64,000 bases of DNA. It comes from an uncultured virus (IMG/VR IMGVR_UViG_3300043430_000167). Lineage: Duplodnaviria; Heunggongvirae; Uroviricota; Caudoviricetes. Positions 37,391-47,974 of the stretch are shown piece after piece. The translations under genes were made by a program, and so were the position numbers. Position 1 is the stretch's first letter, and each line of letters opens with the position of its first letter. The stretch lies in IMG/VR virus record IMGVR_UViG_3300043430_000167. One strand, 5' to 3'. The notes under the pieces are model-generated. The model was not told the DNA's origin. It searched no databases and saw only the letters and a list, made by a program, of their open reading frames with translations.

Positions 37391-37775
37391 ATTGTTCGCA
37401 CGCCTTATCTTCGAAGGAGAGAATGTCGCGAAGGTTATAGAACTGCCACGGTGCGTTGAGACCGAGGCGCCTATAAGCTGTGTCCAGAACAGCTGCGTGA
37501 TGTAAACCCATGTTCATCAGGACGTGTGTGTCTTCCCAAGAGAACGCGTTTTGCAAATCCAACAATGCCTCGCGCAGGGGGACGGCAATCGCCTCTTCAC
37601 CCCCGTCCTTCCAAGTGCATAAACTGCGCCCGTCAACGGTTAAACCGAGCGCGAGACATGAGTCGATGTCTACTACCCGTTCGAACTCATCCTCGTTTGC
37701 GCCGCTTGCTGTTATAGACCTGATTACTGCGTCCGCCCCATTACCTAAAGTAGTGATACTCACGGTGATAGTCAA
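37374..37775 (-). CDS. Degenerate DEDD exonuclease paralogue
   Basis: Similar to 50363-50890 but with catalytic acidic residues replaced (SITTLG vs DLETMG). Confidence 0.5.
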   Translation of the reverse strand: MTITVSITTLGNGADAVIRSITASGANEDEFERVVDIDSCLALGLTVDGRSLCTWKDGGEEAIAVPLREALLDLQNAFSWEDTHVLMNMGLHHAAVLDTAYRRLGLNAPWQFYNLRDILSFEDKACEQYVRQA

Positions 37776-37882
37776 AATAGCTCTCCAAAAGTTTTGATGA
37801 GGGAATAGGACTCTGGTCTATGAGGGTGGGTTGATTCAGGCCAAAGTCGCATGAACGTTGACCTGAATCAACCAGGCCGCAG

Positions 37883-38122
37883 TTACGCGGGGGCAGCGGT
37901 GAGTTCGGCCAACTTGTCGTCCAGGGACTTCAATTCTTTTGCCCGCGCGGAAGATGCCTTTTCATTGGCCTTGTAGGCGGCGTCGTAAGTCTTCATGACG
38001 GTTTTGAATTCGCCTTGCGCAGCCTTGTCTTGGCCTTTGAGATCTTTGATCTTGGCCTTGGTCTCTGCGATCAGGGTTTTCTTTTCAGCTGCGGTCAGAA
38101 TGACGGACTTGGTACGTGCCAT
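37883..38122 (-). CDS. Small Lys/Ala-rich coiled-coil protein
   Basis: 79 aa; AAGGAG RBS. Confidence 0.55.
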   Translation of the reverse strand: MARTKSVILTAAEKKTLIAETKAKIKDLKGQDKAAQGEFKTVMKTYDAAYKANEKASSARAKELKSLDDKLAELTAAPA

Positions 38123-38129
38123 GATGGTG

Positions 38130-38339
38130 TTACTCCTTGAGTTTGGAAATGAAAGATTGCCGATTAAAGTCGGCGGCTTTATTGGTCAATCGTTCGAGCA
38201 CGTGTTTGCGCCGACGTGACGATTTCTCCAATTCGATTGCAGCAAGAACTTCTTCTTCCGTGAGCTGGTCGATCACGCTGACCAGATCACGGACTGATTT
38301 GAGCGCAAGCTGCATTTGCCACTCGCGCACTGCCATCAC
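38130..38339 (-). CDS. Hypothetical protein
   Basis: 'LTEEEVLAAIELEK..RRR'. Confidence 0.5.
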   Translation of the reverse strand: MMAVREWQMQLALKSVRDLVSVIDQLTEEEVLAAIELEKSSRRRKHVLERLTNKAADFNRQSFISKLKE

Positions 38340-39130
38340 GCAGCCTTACGACCGCGTGCAGCGGGCTTCTGCAGTTGACCCTTGCCGCGAGCAGGCGCTG
38401 CTGCGGCTTCAGGCAACGAGCTGAAGTCCGGTTCCGTCAGCAAGCGCTGGCGGGCCTCTTCCTTGCGAGCGAAGGCCAGGGCGAGCTGGTCCTTGTCGCA
38501 GGGCTGAGGATCTCCAAAGCGCACGCTCGGGTAGTCGAGGTTGGGGTCCAGCGTGATCTCAGTCACCACGCCGTAGCTCGGGCGATTGAACGTCCGGGCC
38601 ACTTGCGCCACGTAGCTGTCAAAGTTCTTGATAGCTGTGGCGCTGACCTTGAGCAGCATCAGTGGTGAGTTGAGGTCGCCGTCGGGCTCAATCAGGGCGA
38701 TGAGCTTGCTGTTCCCACAAGCCTTGCCGTTGCCGTTGCCGGACTTCCATTGATTCGCCCAGCACGCCGTGCAGGTGTCGCACTGCTTGTCCTTGCTGTT
38801 TTCCGAAGGCTCCATGCCGGTTGGCTCAAGACCAATGGCGAAGCACTCAGGGGCTTCAATGTGGTTGGGGTTGTAGGTGCTCTTGTAGTAAGCGTTGAAG
38901 CTCACGAAGTCCACGATGATTCCGCGCAGAGTGTCTGCGGTATCGCCGTTGGGAAGCTCGAAGCCTTTCTTGGTCGGCTTGATCCGGTCGCCGCCAGGAG
39001 CTGAGAGACGTTCCTTGAAAGACGCCATTTCCTTGGCCATCTCATCCTGGATGTTGGCCGGCAGAGTGGGTTTGGCAACCGCAAGCGCGGTGCTGGTCTT
39101 CTTGGGTGCTGCAGTTTTGGCAGTTGCCAT
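38336..39130 (-). CDS. Putative ssDNA-binding/annealing protein
   Basis: 'CDTCTACWANQWKSGNGNGKAC'; located in the replication module. Confidence 0.55.
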   Translation of the reverse strand: MATAKTAAPKKTSTALAVAKPTLPANIQDEMAKEMASFKERLSAPGGDRIKPTKKGFELPNGDTADTLRGIIVDFVSFNAYYKSTYNPNHIEAPECFAIGLEPTGMEPSENSKDKQCDTCTACWANQWKSGNGNGKACGNSKLIALIEPDGDLNSPLMLLKVSATAIKNFDSYVAQVARTFNRPSYGVVTEITLDPNLDYPSVRFGDPQPCDKDQLALAFARKEEARQRLLTEPDFSSLPEAAAAPARGKGQLQKPAARGRKAA

Positions 39131-39141
39131 GAGATTCTCCT

Positions 39142-39543
39142 TCAGGGTTTGACAGAGGGTTTGAGCGCACGAAGATTCAGGCGCTTTTTGCTGAATGCTT
39201 CGAGACCGGGGATCTCGCTGCGCTTCATTTCCATTACCTCGCGAGCGGCAGGGTCAGAGATGCGGCGCTGCATGAGGTGGTAGTTCTTGGTGCGTGACAT
39301 CCAGGCAAAGAACTTGGTGTCGTCCTTAATGCTGAAGCTCACGCTGGTTGACACGCTGGCTGTGGCTGTCTTGCCAGTGGCTTTGTCCGTGCCTTCCGCT
39401 TCAAGTCTCGCCATGAGGCGTTCTTCCAGCTCCTTGTAGGCATCCTCCTGCTCCTTGACCTTCTCTTCGAGGACGCGCTTGGCTTCGCGGATCTTGTTGA
39501 GTTCGTCGATCAGTGAGCCGAGGGGTTTGACTGTGTCTTTCAT
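39142..39543 (-). CDS. Conserved phage replication-region protein
   Basis: Coiled coil; 'LMQRRIS...IPGLE'. Confidence 0.5.
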   Translation of the reverse strand: MKDTVKPLGSLIDELNKIREAKRVLEEKVKEQEDAYKELEERLMARLEAEGTDKATGKTATASVSTSVSFSIKDDTKFFAWMSRTKNYHLMQRRISDPAAREVMEMKRSEIPGLEAFSKKRLNLRALKPSVKP

Positions 39544-39607
39544 ACGTTTTGTCCTTTCTATTTTGACAAAGTGTACATTCCAATCTGACAGAGTGCAATG
39601 TCTTTCG

Positions 39608-41554
39608 TCAGAGTTTGTCAGAGACTCGGGCGAACGAAACTCCCATGTCGGAGAGCATCTCGTAGGTCTCTTTCACGTACCACTGAAGATCCAGGTCTGG
39701 CGGGAGCTTGTTTCGCTCTGGCAGAGTCATCAGCAGCTTGGCCCCTTCGGTCTTCGGCACCTTGTTGCCGCTGCCCACGTAGGTGATGGCCGGCAGCTGC
39801 TCTGTGGTCATGTACCAGCGAGCCACGCGACCGAAAGGTGTGCCGCCATAGCCTTCTTCGACGGCTGGCGGGCGACTCTTACGTTTGACTGGCGCCCGCT
39901 CTTTTCCTGCCCAGGCGGCACGCACCCATTGTCGGTCTTCGATCTGATCCCAGTCGTCGACCATGTGGGTTTTGAGGTGCTGTACGCCTCCACCAGATAC
40001 GCCGCGGACAGTCACGAAGTCACGTACGTCTTTCTGCTTCTTGATGAACACCTCGGGCTTCGTGCCGTCGATCAGGAACTGACGAGCCGCCTTGCTGCAC
40101 ACTTCCATCGTCGGGTTCTTCTGCAGGCCACATTCAGCGTAGAGGCCTTTGGACTTCACCTTGCCGTCGAGTGTGATAGCCAGGTAATTGTTCACATCCT
40201 TCATGGCAATACAGCGGTACGGTGTTTCTTCGTACTCGAACTTGGTGCGATGGCTGTTTGAAGAGAACACCTTGAGCACGCGTTCGCGGTTGGTCGGGCT
40301 GTGCTGCACGCAGATGCCGTCTGTATTGGCCGAGAGAACTTCCACACCCTTGATGCGCGTCAGTTCGTCGATCAAGCAGAGCAGGTTCAGCTGACCCGTG
40401 ATCGTCACGGCCAACATTAAGTCCGGGCTGTAGAAGCTGGAGTAGATGCTACCCAGCTTGCCGAACGTACCGTTCAAGGCAATCTTTAGCGTGTTGGCGA
40501 CCTTCTTGTTTCCATCGCGCTTGGCTTGTAGGCGCTCTTGGTATAAGTCCCGGTAGGTGTCGAGGAACGCTTGACCCTTGTTACCTGAGATGCGTGGGAT
40601 GTAGCCACACTGCAGGATCATCGTCGGGTAGTAGCTCCGCACGTCAAAGTCGCTGATGAGCACGGTCTCAGTTGATGCACGATATAACTTCACGTCGTGG
40701 GTACTGTGAAGCCCACCAATACCGACTTTATAGCTACCTTCGCCAATCTTGAATTCTTCCTCCATCCATTCAGGTGCGATTGGGGAGCCGTTGGCGTAGT
40801 TGATCTTGAAGCTGTGAGCTTCAATGCGTTCGATCAATGCGAGCAGAGCGGGGTTCTTCGTCTTGATGAACGCTGGGGTGAAGTATTCAACATAGCTTGG
40901 CGCCACTGGCTTGCCGCTGATACCGGCCACCTTCTTGATGATTGCTTCCGCCACTTGCGCATCGGACTTACTGCGTAGATCCAGACCGTATCGCTCACCT
41001 AGTTCAATGCGTAGTTCAAGTTCACCTTGCAACTGCTGACTGAGCGCGGCCGTGCCCCCTGTGTCGTTGTCGCAGTAGCTCTCAACCATGGGCAGCTGCT
41101 TGGGTGTGAGGTCCGTGTCGTGATGAACCGGCATGTCCACCAGCGTGGGGTAGTGCATGCGGCCCATGTAGGTCTTGAGGCTCGTCATGGTGCCCGGCGC
41201 TACTTCAATCCAGTCGACGTGGTCGAACTGCAGAGGTTCGATACCGGCGAATTTGTAGACCTCCCACGGTTGCATCTTCTCTTCGATGATCTTGGTGGCG
41301 ATGATCTTCAGGTTCTCAGGATCATGACCCTGGACCGCCGCGGCTATGATGGGTGCGTCAAACTTTATACCGTTGAATGACTCCCAAGTGTATTTGGGGT
41401 CGTCGAACATGGCCAGTAGTCGCTTCATGTCTCCGCGCTTATGCCACCAGAAACCGTGTCGTTCACCAGTCTTCTTGTTACGTGTGCGTACTAGGAAGAC
41501 GGGTTTCTTCAGGCCGATTAGTTCACAGTCGAATACAATGTGCTCTCGTTTCAC
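39608..41554 (-). CDS. Family B DNA polymerase
   Basis: Exo 'VFDCE', 'FNGIKFD', 'YCDND'; pol 'DFDVRSYYP', 'KIALNGTFGK', 'NTDG'. Confidence 0.9.
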   Translation of the reverse strand: MKREHIVFDCELIGLKKPVFLVRTRNKKTGERHGFWWHKRGDMKRLLAMFDDPKYTWESFNGIKFDAPIIAAAVQGHDPENLKIIATKIIEEKMQPWEVYKFAGIEPLQFDHVDWIEVAPGTMTSLKTYMGRMHYPTLVDMPVHHDTDLTPKQLPMVESYCDNDTGGTAALSQQLQGELELRIELGERYGLDLRSKSDAQVAEAIIKKVAGISGKPVAPSYVEYFTPAFIKTKNPALLALIERIEAHSFKINYANGSPIAPEWMEEEFKIGEGSYKVGIGGLHSTHDVKLYRASTETVLISDFDVRSYYPTMILQCGYIPRISGNKGQAFLDTYRDLYQERLQAKRDGNKKVANTLKIALNGTFGKLGSIYSSFYSPDLMLAVTITGQLNLLCLIDELTRIKGVEVLSANTDGICVQHSPTNRERVLKVFSSNSHRTKFEYEETPYRCIAMKDVNNYLAITLDGKVKSKGLYAECGLQKNPTMEVCSKAARQFLIDGTKPEVFIKKQKDVRDFVTVRGVSGGGVQHLKTHMVDDWDQIEDRQWVRAAWAGKERAPVKRKSRPPAVEEGYGGTPFGRVARWYMTTEQLPAITYVGSGNKVPKTEGAKLLMTLPERNKLPPDLDLQWYVKETYEMLSDMGVSFARVSDKL

Positions 41555-41557
41555 AGT

Positions 41558-44500
41558 TTAAGCTCTCCGCAATAACCAAACGATTACCATAACCGGCCAA
41601 GCAGCTAGCGCCACGGGCTGCATGAACCAAGCTAGGGGTGATGGGCAGCTATCAAACCAGCGCAGAATTGCGTGGTTGTTATCTACCGCTGTCAGGGCGA
41701 CTACGCCTGCAAAGAAATAAGCAGCGAATGCTAAAACGACGCTTAGGAGGGGCATTCGCTTTCTCCCTTCGCTGCGATTGCTGCGAGCACTGCGGCATCC
41801 AGACTTTCAGCAACAGAGTCGTCTCTCAACTGCCCAGCAGTTATGGTCGGCGCATCCATCTCGATATACATGACCCACTTCGCTTCCTTATCCCCTGATC
41901 GTGACCAGCAAAGTTCTTTGCGAGCGAATTGCCAGCACGCCGCATCCTTGCGGTACGGCTCAATCGCCTCGGCAATGGCTGCGTCGAGTGCGGCTGTACC
42001 AGTCTGTTGAGTGTTAGGATGTAGCGGATCAGCACCAATGAACACAGCTTCTGGTGCTTCCGGCCACTCGCTGCGTATAGCGTCGAAACTCCCCTCGACC
42101 CAACAGCGCAGAAACTGATCTCCGCAATCGGTTTTTAGCGAAAACTTAATCGCCGCAACGGGAGCTATCGAGCCGTCCCTTGACTGCGCCTCAGCGAGCT
42201 TGGCTTTCAACCTAACACTCTTGGAACGTTGATCGTCTAGCTTCTGTTGCAGGTCTCGCTTAAATCCGCCAACGCTTTCGGAATATCTGCGCTCAGATTC
42301 AGCAAGTTTCTTGCGCGCGGTGATCAACTCAGATGACAGCTCTTTGGCAAACGCTTCAGAAATTGAGATTCGTCGCTGCGCCTCTTCCAGATCAGCGGTC
42401 AGGGCAGGGACAGATCTCACAAAGGCTTCTGCCAGCTCAATACAGAAATGGCTTCTGGCGTGCTCGGCCATTGTTTTCAACTCGACGAGTTTTTCAGGTG
42501 TGAGTCTCATTTCAGGCTCCCGTTGCAGCATGAATGAACGGCTTGATTACGCCCCACAGCCAAGGAATTCCAACTGCGAGTCCCCATCCGACGACTACTC
42601 CAAATATAACAAGCACAACAAACGTTGTTGTTACGGCGTCTGCGTCAATAAACCCTTTTTGATCGTGTTTCATTTTTCTTCTCCCTTCTGCTGCCTCAGC
42701 AGCTCCTCGCATTTCTGAGCGGCAAACATTCCAAGTTGTTTTACTACGGCGTACTGGCTCTCAAGTAGCTGAACTCTCTGTCGGAGAAATTCAATCTCTT
42801 TGTTCGCTTTTGCAAGTGCGGACTTGTGGCGCGCTGAACTCATTTCTCTTCTCCCTCCCCCAGCGCCGCATCGCACGCGGCACGGAGATTTCTGATGGCG
42901 GCTTCATCAAACAGAAGAAGTGACTCACCTGTGATAGCGTCAACTAATCGCATCCACGGCTGTTTGACAGCCCCTGCTGAATAAATTATAGCTTCCATGC
43001 AGCTGTCAATTTGATGTGCGCTCATGTCACTCACTTCCTTTCTTCACCACCTGACAGGTGATCGTTCCTGCACCGACCATCTGCGCTTGTCCTCTTTCGG
43101 CACAGTCAATGAATGTTTTTGCGTCGCCCATCCAGTTGCCCGCGAAGACACAGATCAGGCACAGGATGAATGCTTGCCACCATTCGAGCATTACGCACTT
43201 CCTTTCTGCTGGTCTGTATCTGTTGCGGCGATTCGTTTGGCAATTCTTGACAGTTCTTTCTGGGCCTCAGAAAGCTCTTCTTCTGTTAACCCTGAGGTGT
43301 CTTGCCAGCATGCTTCTGCGTTTTCAACTATTGCCGCCGCGAACCTACGCGCCCAGTTTCTCGCTTTGCGTTTGCGCATCACGCGCCCCCTTCCTGCCCG
43401 GCAGGCAGCAGCGGCACTCCGCTCGCCATACTTGCAAGCAGCGCCACGGCCGAGTCCTTCTTGGTGAGCTGCATAAGACGGTCGGCTGCATTGGAGAGCA
43501 CGCTGTAAATGCGCTGCACTTCCTCCCACGCCTCGGGCGTGAACGGGATTGCTATGCCTTCGCTGCGCTTTGCGTAAAGGTCTTTGAATGCTGGGGCGTC
43601 ACTTGACAGTGGGTCTGACTCATCCTTCGGGTAGTACTGCCTACCTGCGACGACATATCCCCAGCTTGGATTCATTCCGACAAGAACCCGCGAACTGGAG
43701 AATGATGGAGCATTGTGAGCCCTGCCGTCTGCGGTCATGATCTCCATCGCAATAAAGATGCTCTTCTGCATTGTCCGTGTTCGGACGTGCTGCATCCAGT
43801 TATGCGCAATTTTTTTAAGCGACTCGACAGCTCCGTCAAAACTGCTTGCGCGGATCATCTTTGTCTGATAGCAGTAGGCCACGTTGCGCCGTACGAATTC
43901 ATCGGCGATGACGTGTTGTGTCCATGTCTCGTAATAGTCTGCGGGAAGCACAATGCAGAAGCTGGGCGTGCCTGCCGTGTGCAGGTACACACTAACTTCG
44001 TGCAATTCCTCAACGCCGTCCGAGTTACTGATGTGCTCGGATACGGTCTTGACTTTCTTGTATTGCTTCCCCGGCGACGGAAAATCGTACTTACTCACGA
44101 TACTTCTCCTTTCTGCCCGGTAGGCTTCACAGTGGCAATCTGTTCGCGCAGAGTTTCAATCTCCTGCACTAATGCAAGAATGAGGCCATCTCCGCAGCAA
44201 TTGCGCCAAGGCTCTCCGTAGCGCAGCGCCAAAAGTTCTGTGCCATTGTTATGGATCACCGAATACTTACCACCCCCCAAATCAATTCTTGTCATCACTA
44301 TCTCCCTTCACAGCGGCGAGTGCAGCACTGGCTTTTTGCAGAATAGTATTCAGCTCAACAGGAGCAGTGTCATTAACGACATAGTCTTCAAGCGCATCCA
44401 CCAGCAGGCAGTGCTGGCGCTCATACTCAGTACGAATCTTCGCTGCTTCGCTGATGGCGTAGTCACGAGATTCCACTAGCTGGCGCTCAAGTGAATCGGC

Positions 44501-44944
44501 CCGTTCGCGCAGACGCAAAACGTCATCAAGTGATGCGCTTTTATATTCATCCTTGCACCCTTCAAAATACCCAAGTGCCGCAGCGCCGCAAGCAGACAAC
44601 CTAATCCGCTCGTTCTCTAGCTGTGCTTCAAGCTCGGCAATGCGGGCTTCCGCCTCCCCTTCTTCCTCAACCCATATCCGCTCAATACAGCAAGGGCAGT
44701 CGGAATACGCTTTACCTTTCTCAGGGGCGACGTTAGGTACTAGAATAACCACTCGACCAACTCCACCGCATAGTTTGCATTCTTCACTCATCACTCTTTC
44801 CTCTCTGCGCCCGCTGCCTCCGCTTGCGCTCTTTATTTACCTTGTCCATCGCCTTGCAGCATTCCGCCTGGATTTCTTTCAGGGCGTCCATGCGCTGCTT
44901 GAGAGCCGCGTCGTCAAGCTCTGAGAGTGGCGTGTCGAGGTTCA
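41558..44944 (-). other. Cluster of about 11 small accessory ORFs (including 41743-42510 Ead/Ea22-like, 43379-44098, 44282-44794)
   Basis: Tightly coupled, visibly AT-richer ORFs between polymerase and helicase. Confidence 0.55.
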
Positions 44945-45226
44945 TGGTGCTTTTGCTAGCGCTTCTGCTTTCAACGCCGCGTACGCTATACAGTCCTCAG
45001 CACTGTCTTGGTGAAACGCTTCGTTGCTCCATTGGCGTACGTCTTTGAGGATTTGCATGAGTAACCAGCCCTCAGCTTCGGTCAAGCTGTGGCCTGTGAT
45101 GGTGTTGAACGCGGCCACGGTGTTAGCCATGCTGCGCTCGCCTTCTGGTTTGTCATAGGTTGCAGCCCGGTCACGCATGTGTTTGGCGGCTTGTTCAAGG
45201 AAATTTATTGCGCTAGTTTCAGCCAT
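44942..45226 (-). CDS. DUF6378-like protein
   Basis: 'DRAATYD..GERSM', 'GWLLMQILK', 'DSAEDCIAYAAL'. Confidence 0.6.
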   Translation of the reverse strand: MAETSAINFLEQAAKHMRDRAATYDKPEGERSMANTVAAFNTITGHSLTEAEGWLLMQILKDVRQWSNEAFHQDSAEDCIAYAALKAEALAKAP

Positions 45227-45381
45227 GATGGGCGATCTCCTGGTATGACGACTGCAGTTGTGAATAACGTGCCGCAATGTGAGCATTTGTATTTGCGAGT
45301 TACTGTCCGGCGCAACTTGCGGCTGTCGTAACAATGAGCGAACTCACCACAGTTCTCGCAGCGTTGAGTCAGCTTCTTCAT
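45205..45381 (-). CDS. Zinc-ribbon protein, NrdR N-terminus-like (58 aa, absent from ORF track)
   Basis: MKKLTQRCENCGEFAHCYDSRKLRRTVTRKYKCSHCGTLFTT...; start overlaps the helicase stop. Confidence 0.55.
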   Translation of the reverse strand: MKKLTQRCENCGEFAHCYDSRKLRRTVTRKYKCSHCGTLFTTAVVIPGDRPSWLKLAQ

Positions 45382-47756
45382 CGCCGGATCATCTTCTTGA
45401 GTTCATCGAGCAGCGAGCTGCTTCGGGCTTCCTTCACCTGGCACTTCTCCCACACCACGTTGTCTAATGTGTCGTCTGCGCAGATGACTATGTTCTCTGT
45501 GCGTTCAGTTTGACCAATACGGTGAATGCGCTTGAGCCCTTGCTGGAAGTGCTCGAAGTTGTACGTGGGCGAGGCCCAGATCGTCGCTGTGCCTTTGGTA
45601 AGCGTCAGTCCATGGCCTGCTGACTGAGGATGCGCAAACAACACACGGTAAGCGCCTTCTTGATATCTCTTGACGATACCTGTGCGCTCTCGGTCAGACG
45701 TTGTGCCGTCATATACGGCAAATGTAAGCCCGCGTTTCTCTGCAAGCTCTACGAGGGCGTCACGCTGATGCTGCCACAAGAAGAACACTACTGAGTGTGG
45801 ACGTTCTTCGACAAGATCTAGTACAAGCTCATAGCGGTCGCTGTCGATGAGCTGCGTTACGCGGTCCTGGTCATATACCCCGCCGCTTGCTATCTGAAGT
45901 AATTTTGTGAAGACGGCTGCACCATTGATTGCTGTGACAGTCTTGTGTTCAAGTTGCAATAGCTGCGTGCCTTCCATCTCTTTGTAGAGGCGCATGTGCT
46001 TGCTGTTCAGTTTGAACGTTACTCGACGTAGTGTGTTGGCCGGAATATCCACGCAGTCTTCAAAGCGATGGCGAATTGTGATGTCTTTTAGCAGCGTGGC
46101 GATGGTCTGCTCGATGCCGTCGCGGTCCACCCACTTGACCATGTTCGACATTGGACCAATTTGCTCAGGTACGCAGGCTGCTGCGCGGAATTTGAAGAAT
46201 GAAGTCCCCAAGCGTTTGCCGCCATCAAGGATCTTCATTTGGTGCCACAGATCACAAACACCGTTAGGTGTTGGTGTTCCAGATAGCAGACGACGGTGTT
46301 CAAAGTAGTCTGCAATCTTGGCGCAGGCCTTGGCACGCTGGCTTGTGTGATGTTTAAAAGCTGTACTTTCGTCGCATACAAAAGTACCCCCTTCAAAGCG
46401 CTTCCAGAACTTTGATTTTTGATCCGCCAGCCATTTTGCTGCGTCGTGATTCAAGATGTACGCGTCTGCTTCGACAGACATTGCTTCTTCACGATTCTCT
46501 GCGAACGCCACTGAGGTGCGTAGGTCTGGAGCGAAGGTGGTGAAGTCATTCTGCCAAGCTGATGTCAGCAGTGACTTCGTAGCCAGGATGATTGCAGGTG
46601 GTGCGCCTTTACTTCGGCGCTCTGCAAAGTCGACGATCTCAACGGCTGTTTTTCCCGTGTTACCTGTCGCAAAAATGTACCCATTGTGTCGCAGCAGCAG
46701 GAAACTGGTCGGGACTTCGAAGCAGTATTTGAATCCTTCTGGGTTGTCAATTTCAAAAACAGAAGTAGCCCGTCCTGGACCAATGAGCTGATCCTTAGCG
46801 CGAGCATGAACAACATACTCCAACATTTTTCCACGACCTTCAGCTGTTCTATCGCGATAACTGAACGTCAAAGAGCTTGGGCGTTTCGCTGCAGAAAACG
46901 CGTACTGAGCAAAATTGGCTGTTGATTCAATGAACGTGCTAAAACGTGTTCCTGAGCTGGGGCGCTTGTCTTCAGCTGAATCCCAGTGAGGCAGTTCATC
47001 TGCAATTACTTCAAGTTGGTTTTGCGTGCTTCTCCACCAATCTGATTCAAATTCTTTTTGCCTACGCGGTGCTTCGAACGTAATGACTTGAAAATCAGGA
47101 GTACCATTGCATTGGCGCTCGTGGAACGGGATATTTGCTTGTTCAAGCAGCGCTTTAATCCGAACGATTTTGCGTGCTTTTTTCAAGCGCATCGTACAAC
47201 GCAGAGTTTTGCTGCCAAAGTGCCCATCTGCAATTACGGCGACCATTACTCTCAAATCCGCATCGCTTAAATCGAGCACGTTATGTCCTCGAACAGAGAA
47301 GGTGCTGCAGAACTTGGCGTTAAAATGGCCAGGGCCTTTTTGATGCAGTGCTGCTTTGTAATCGGATGCACTCATTACGTCGTATGATCCGTCTTGCTTA
47401 TAGAACAGCACTCGATGCTCATGTGATAACCGTTGCGATGTACCTCGCACGGGAGCTATCGCTATCATTTTCGAGCAGGGGCGTTTCACGTATGCAATTG
47501 GCTCAATGAATTCTATTTCACGTGAGTCGGGGTAGAACTGAGCTACTTTGTCGCCATTTGAATAGGCGTCAATTCTTTTCCATCCGTTTGGCGTTAAGAA
47601 CTCAGTATCAGCGCTCACGCACCCAGGGTCGCTCATATCGAAAACTTCGGGCTGAGTTCTCAGTAGCGCGAGACTTTGTTTCTGGTGCTTGAATAAACTT
47701 GGCACTGTGGAAGTGGGTTTGGCAGACCGGGCAGCCTTGGCGTTCATGAGTGGCAC
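45378..47756 (-). CDS. SNF2-like SF2 helicase containing an intein
   Basis: Spliced Walker A 'DPG/TGKT', 'DEST', 'SGTP', 'SAGHGLTL', 'RIHRIGQ'. Confidence 0.9.
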   Translation of the reverse strand: MPLMNAKAARSAKPTSTVPSLFKHQKQSLALLRTQPEVFDMSDPGCVSADTEFLTPNGWKRIDAYSNGDKVAQFYPDSREIEFIEPIAYVKRPCSKMIAIAPVRGTSQRLSHEHRVLFYKQDGSYDVMSASDYKAALHQKGPGHFNAKFCSTFSVRGHNVLDLSDADLRVMVAVIADGHFGSKTLRCTMRLKKARKIVRIKALLEQANIPFHERQCNGTPDFQVITFEAPRRQKEFESDWWRSTQNQLEVIADELPHWDSAEDKRPSSGTRFSTFIESTANFAQYAFSAAKRPSSLTFSYRDRTAEGRGKMLEYVVHARAKDQLIGPGRATSVFEIDNPEGFKYCFEVPTSFLLLRHNGYIFATGNTGKTAVEIVDFAERRSKGAPPAIILATKSLLTSAWQNDFTTFAPDLRTSVAFAENREEAMSVEADAYILNHDAAKWLADQKSKFWKRFEGGTFVCDESTAFKHHTSQRAKACAKIADYFEHRRLLSGTPTPNGVCDLWHQMKILDGGKRLGTSFFKFRAAACVPEQIGPMSNMVKWVDRDGIEQTIATLLKDITIRHRFEDCVDIPANTLRRVTFKLNSKHMRLYKEMEGTQLLQLEHKTVTAINGAAVFTKLLQIASGGVYDQDRVTQLIDSDRYELVLDLVEERPHSVVFFLWQHQRDALVELAEKRGLTFAVYDGTTSDRERTGIVKRYQEGAYRVLFAHPQSAGHGLTLTKGTATIWASPTYNFEHFQQGLKRIHRIGQTERTENIVICADDTLDNVVWEKCQVKEARSSSLLDELKKMIRR
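46659..47621 (-). mobile_element. Intein (321 aa) with LAGLIDADG-like homing endonuclease in the helicase P-loop
   Basis: Starts CVSADTEFLT; block B 'SHEHRV'; 'VIADG'; ends 'YIFATGN' before Thr+1. Confidence 0.9.
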
Positions 47757-47804
47757 CTTTAGAGCAACGTGATTTACGAGCGTTAACTGCGAAGCATCTG
47801 GCGC

Positions 47805-47972
47805 TCATGCGTCAGGGCCTTTGATCCATCCTTCGCGGATACAGCGCTCGTAAGCCTGTTGTGAGCGCTTGAGGTCTATGTACATCGTTGTTGAGATCAC
47901 GACGACTGCTAGTGCAAAGAGGACCGCCAGCAGCAGAAATACGCCGGCCAAAGTTGTGATGATGGTGATCAT
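47805..47972 (-). CDS. Small membrane protein
   Basis: Single long hydrophobic segment. Confidence 0.45.
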   Translation of the reverse strand: MITIITTLAGVFLLLAVLFALAVVVISTTMYIDLKRSQQAYERCIREGWIKGPDA

Positions 47973-47974
47973 TT

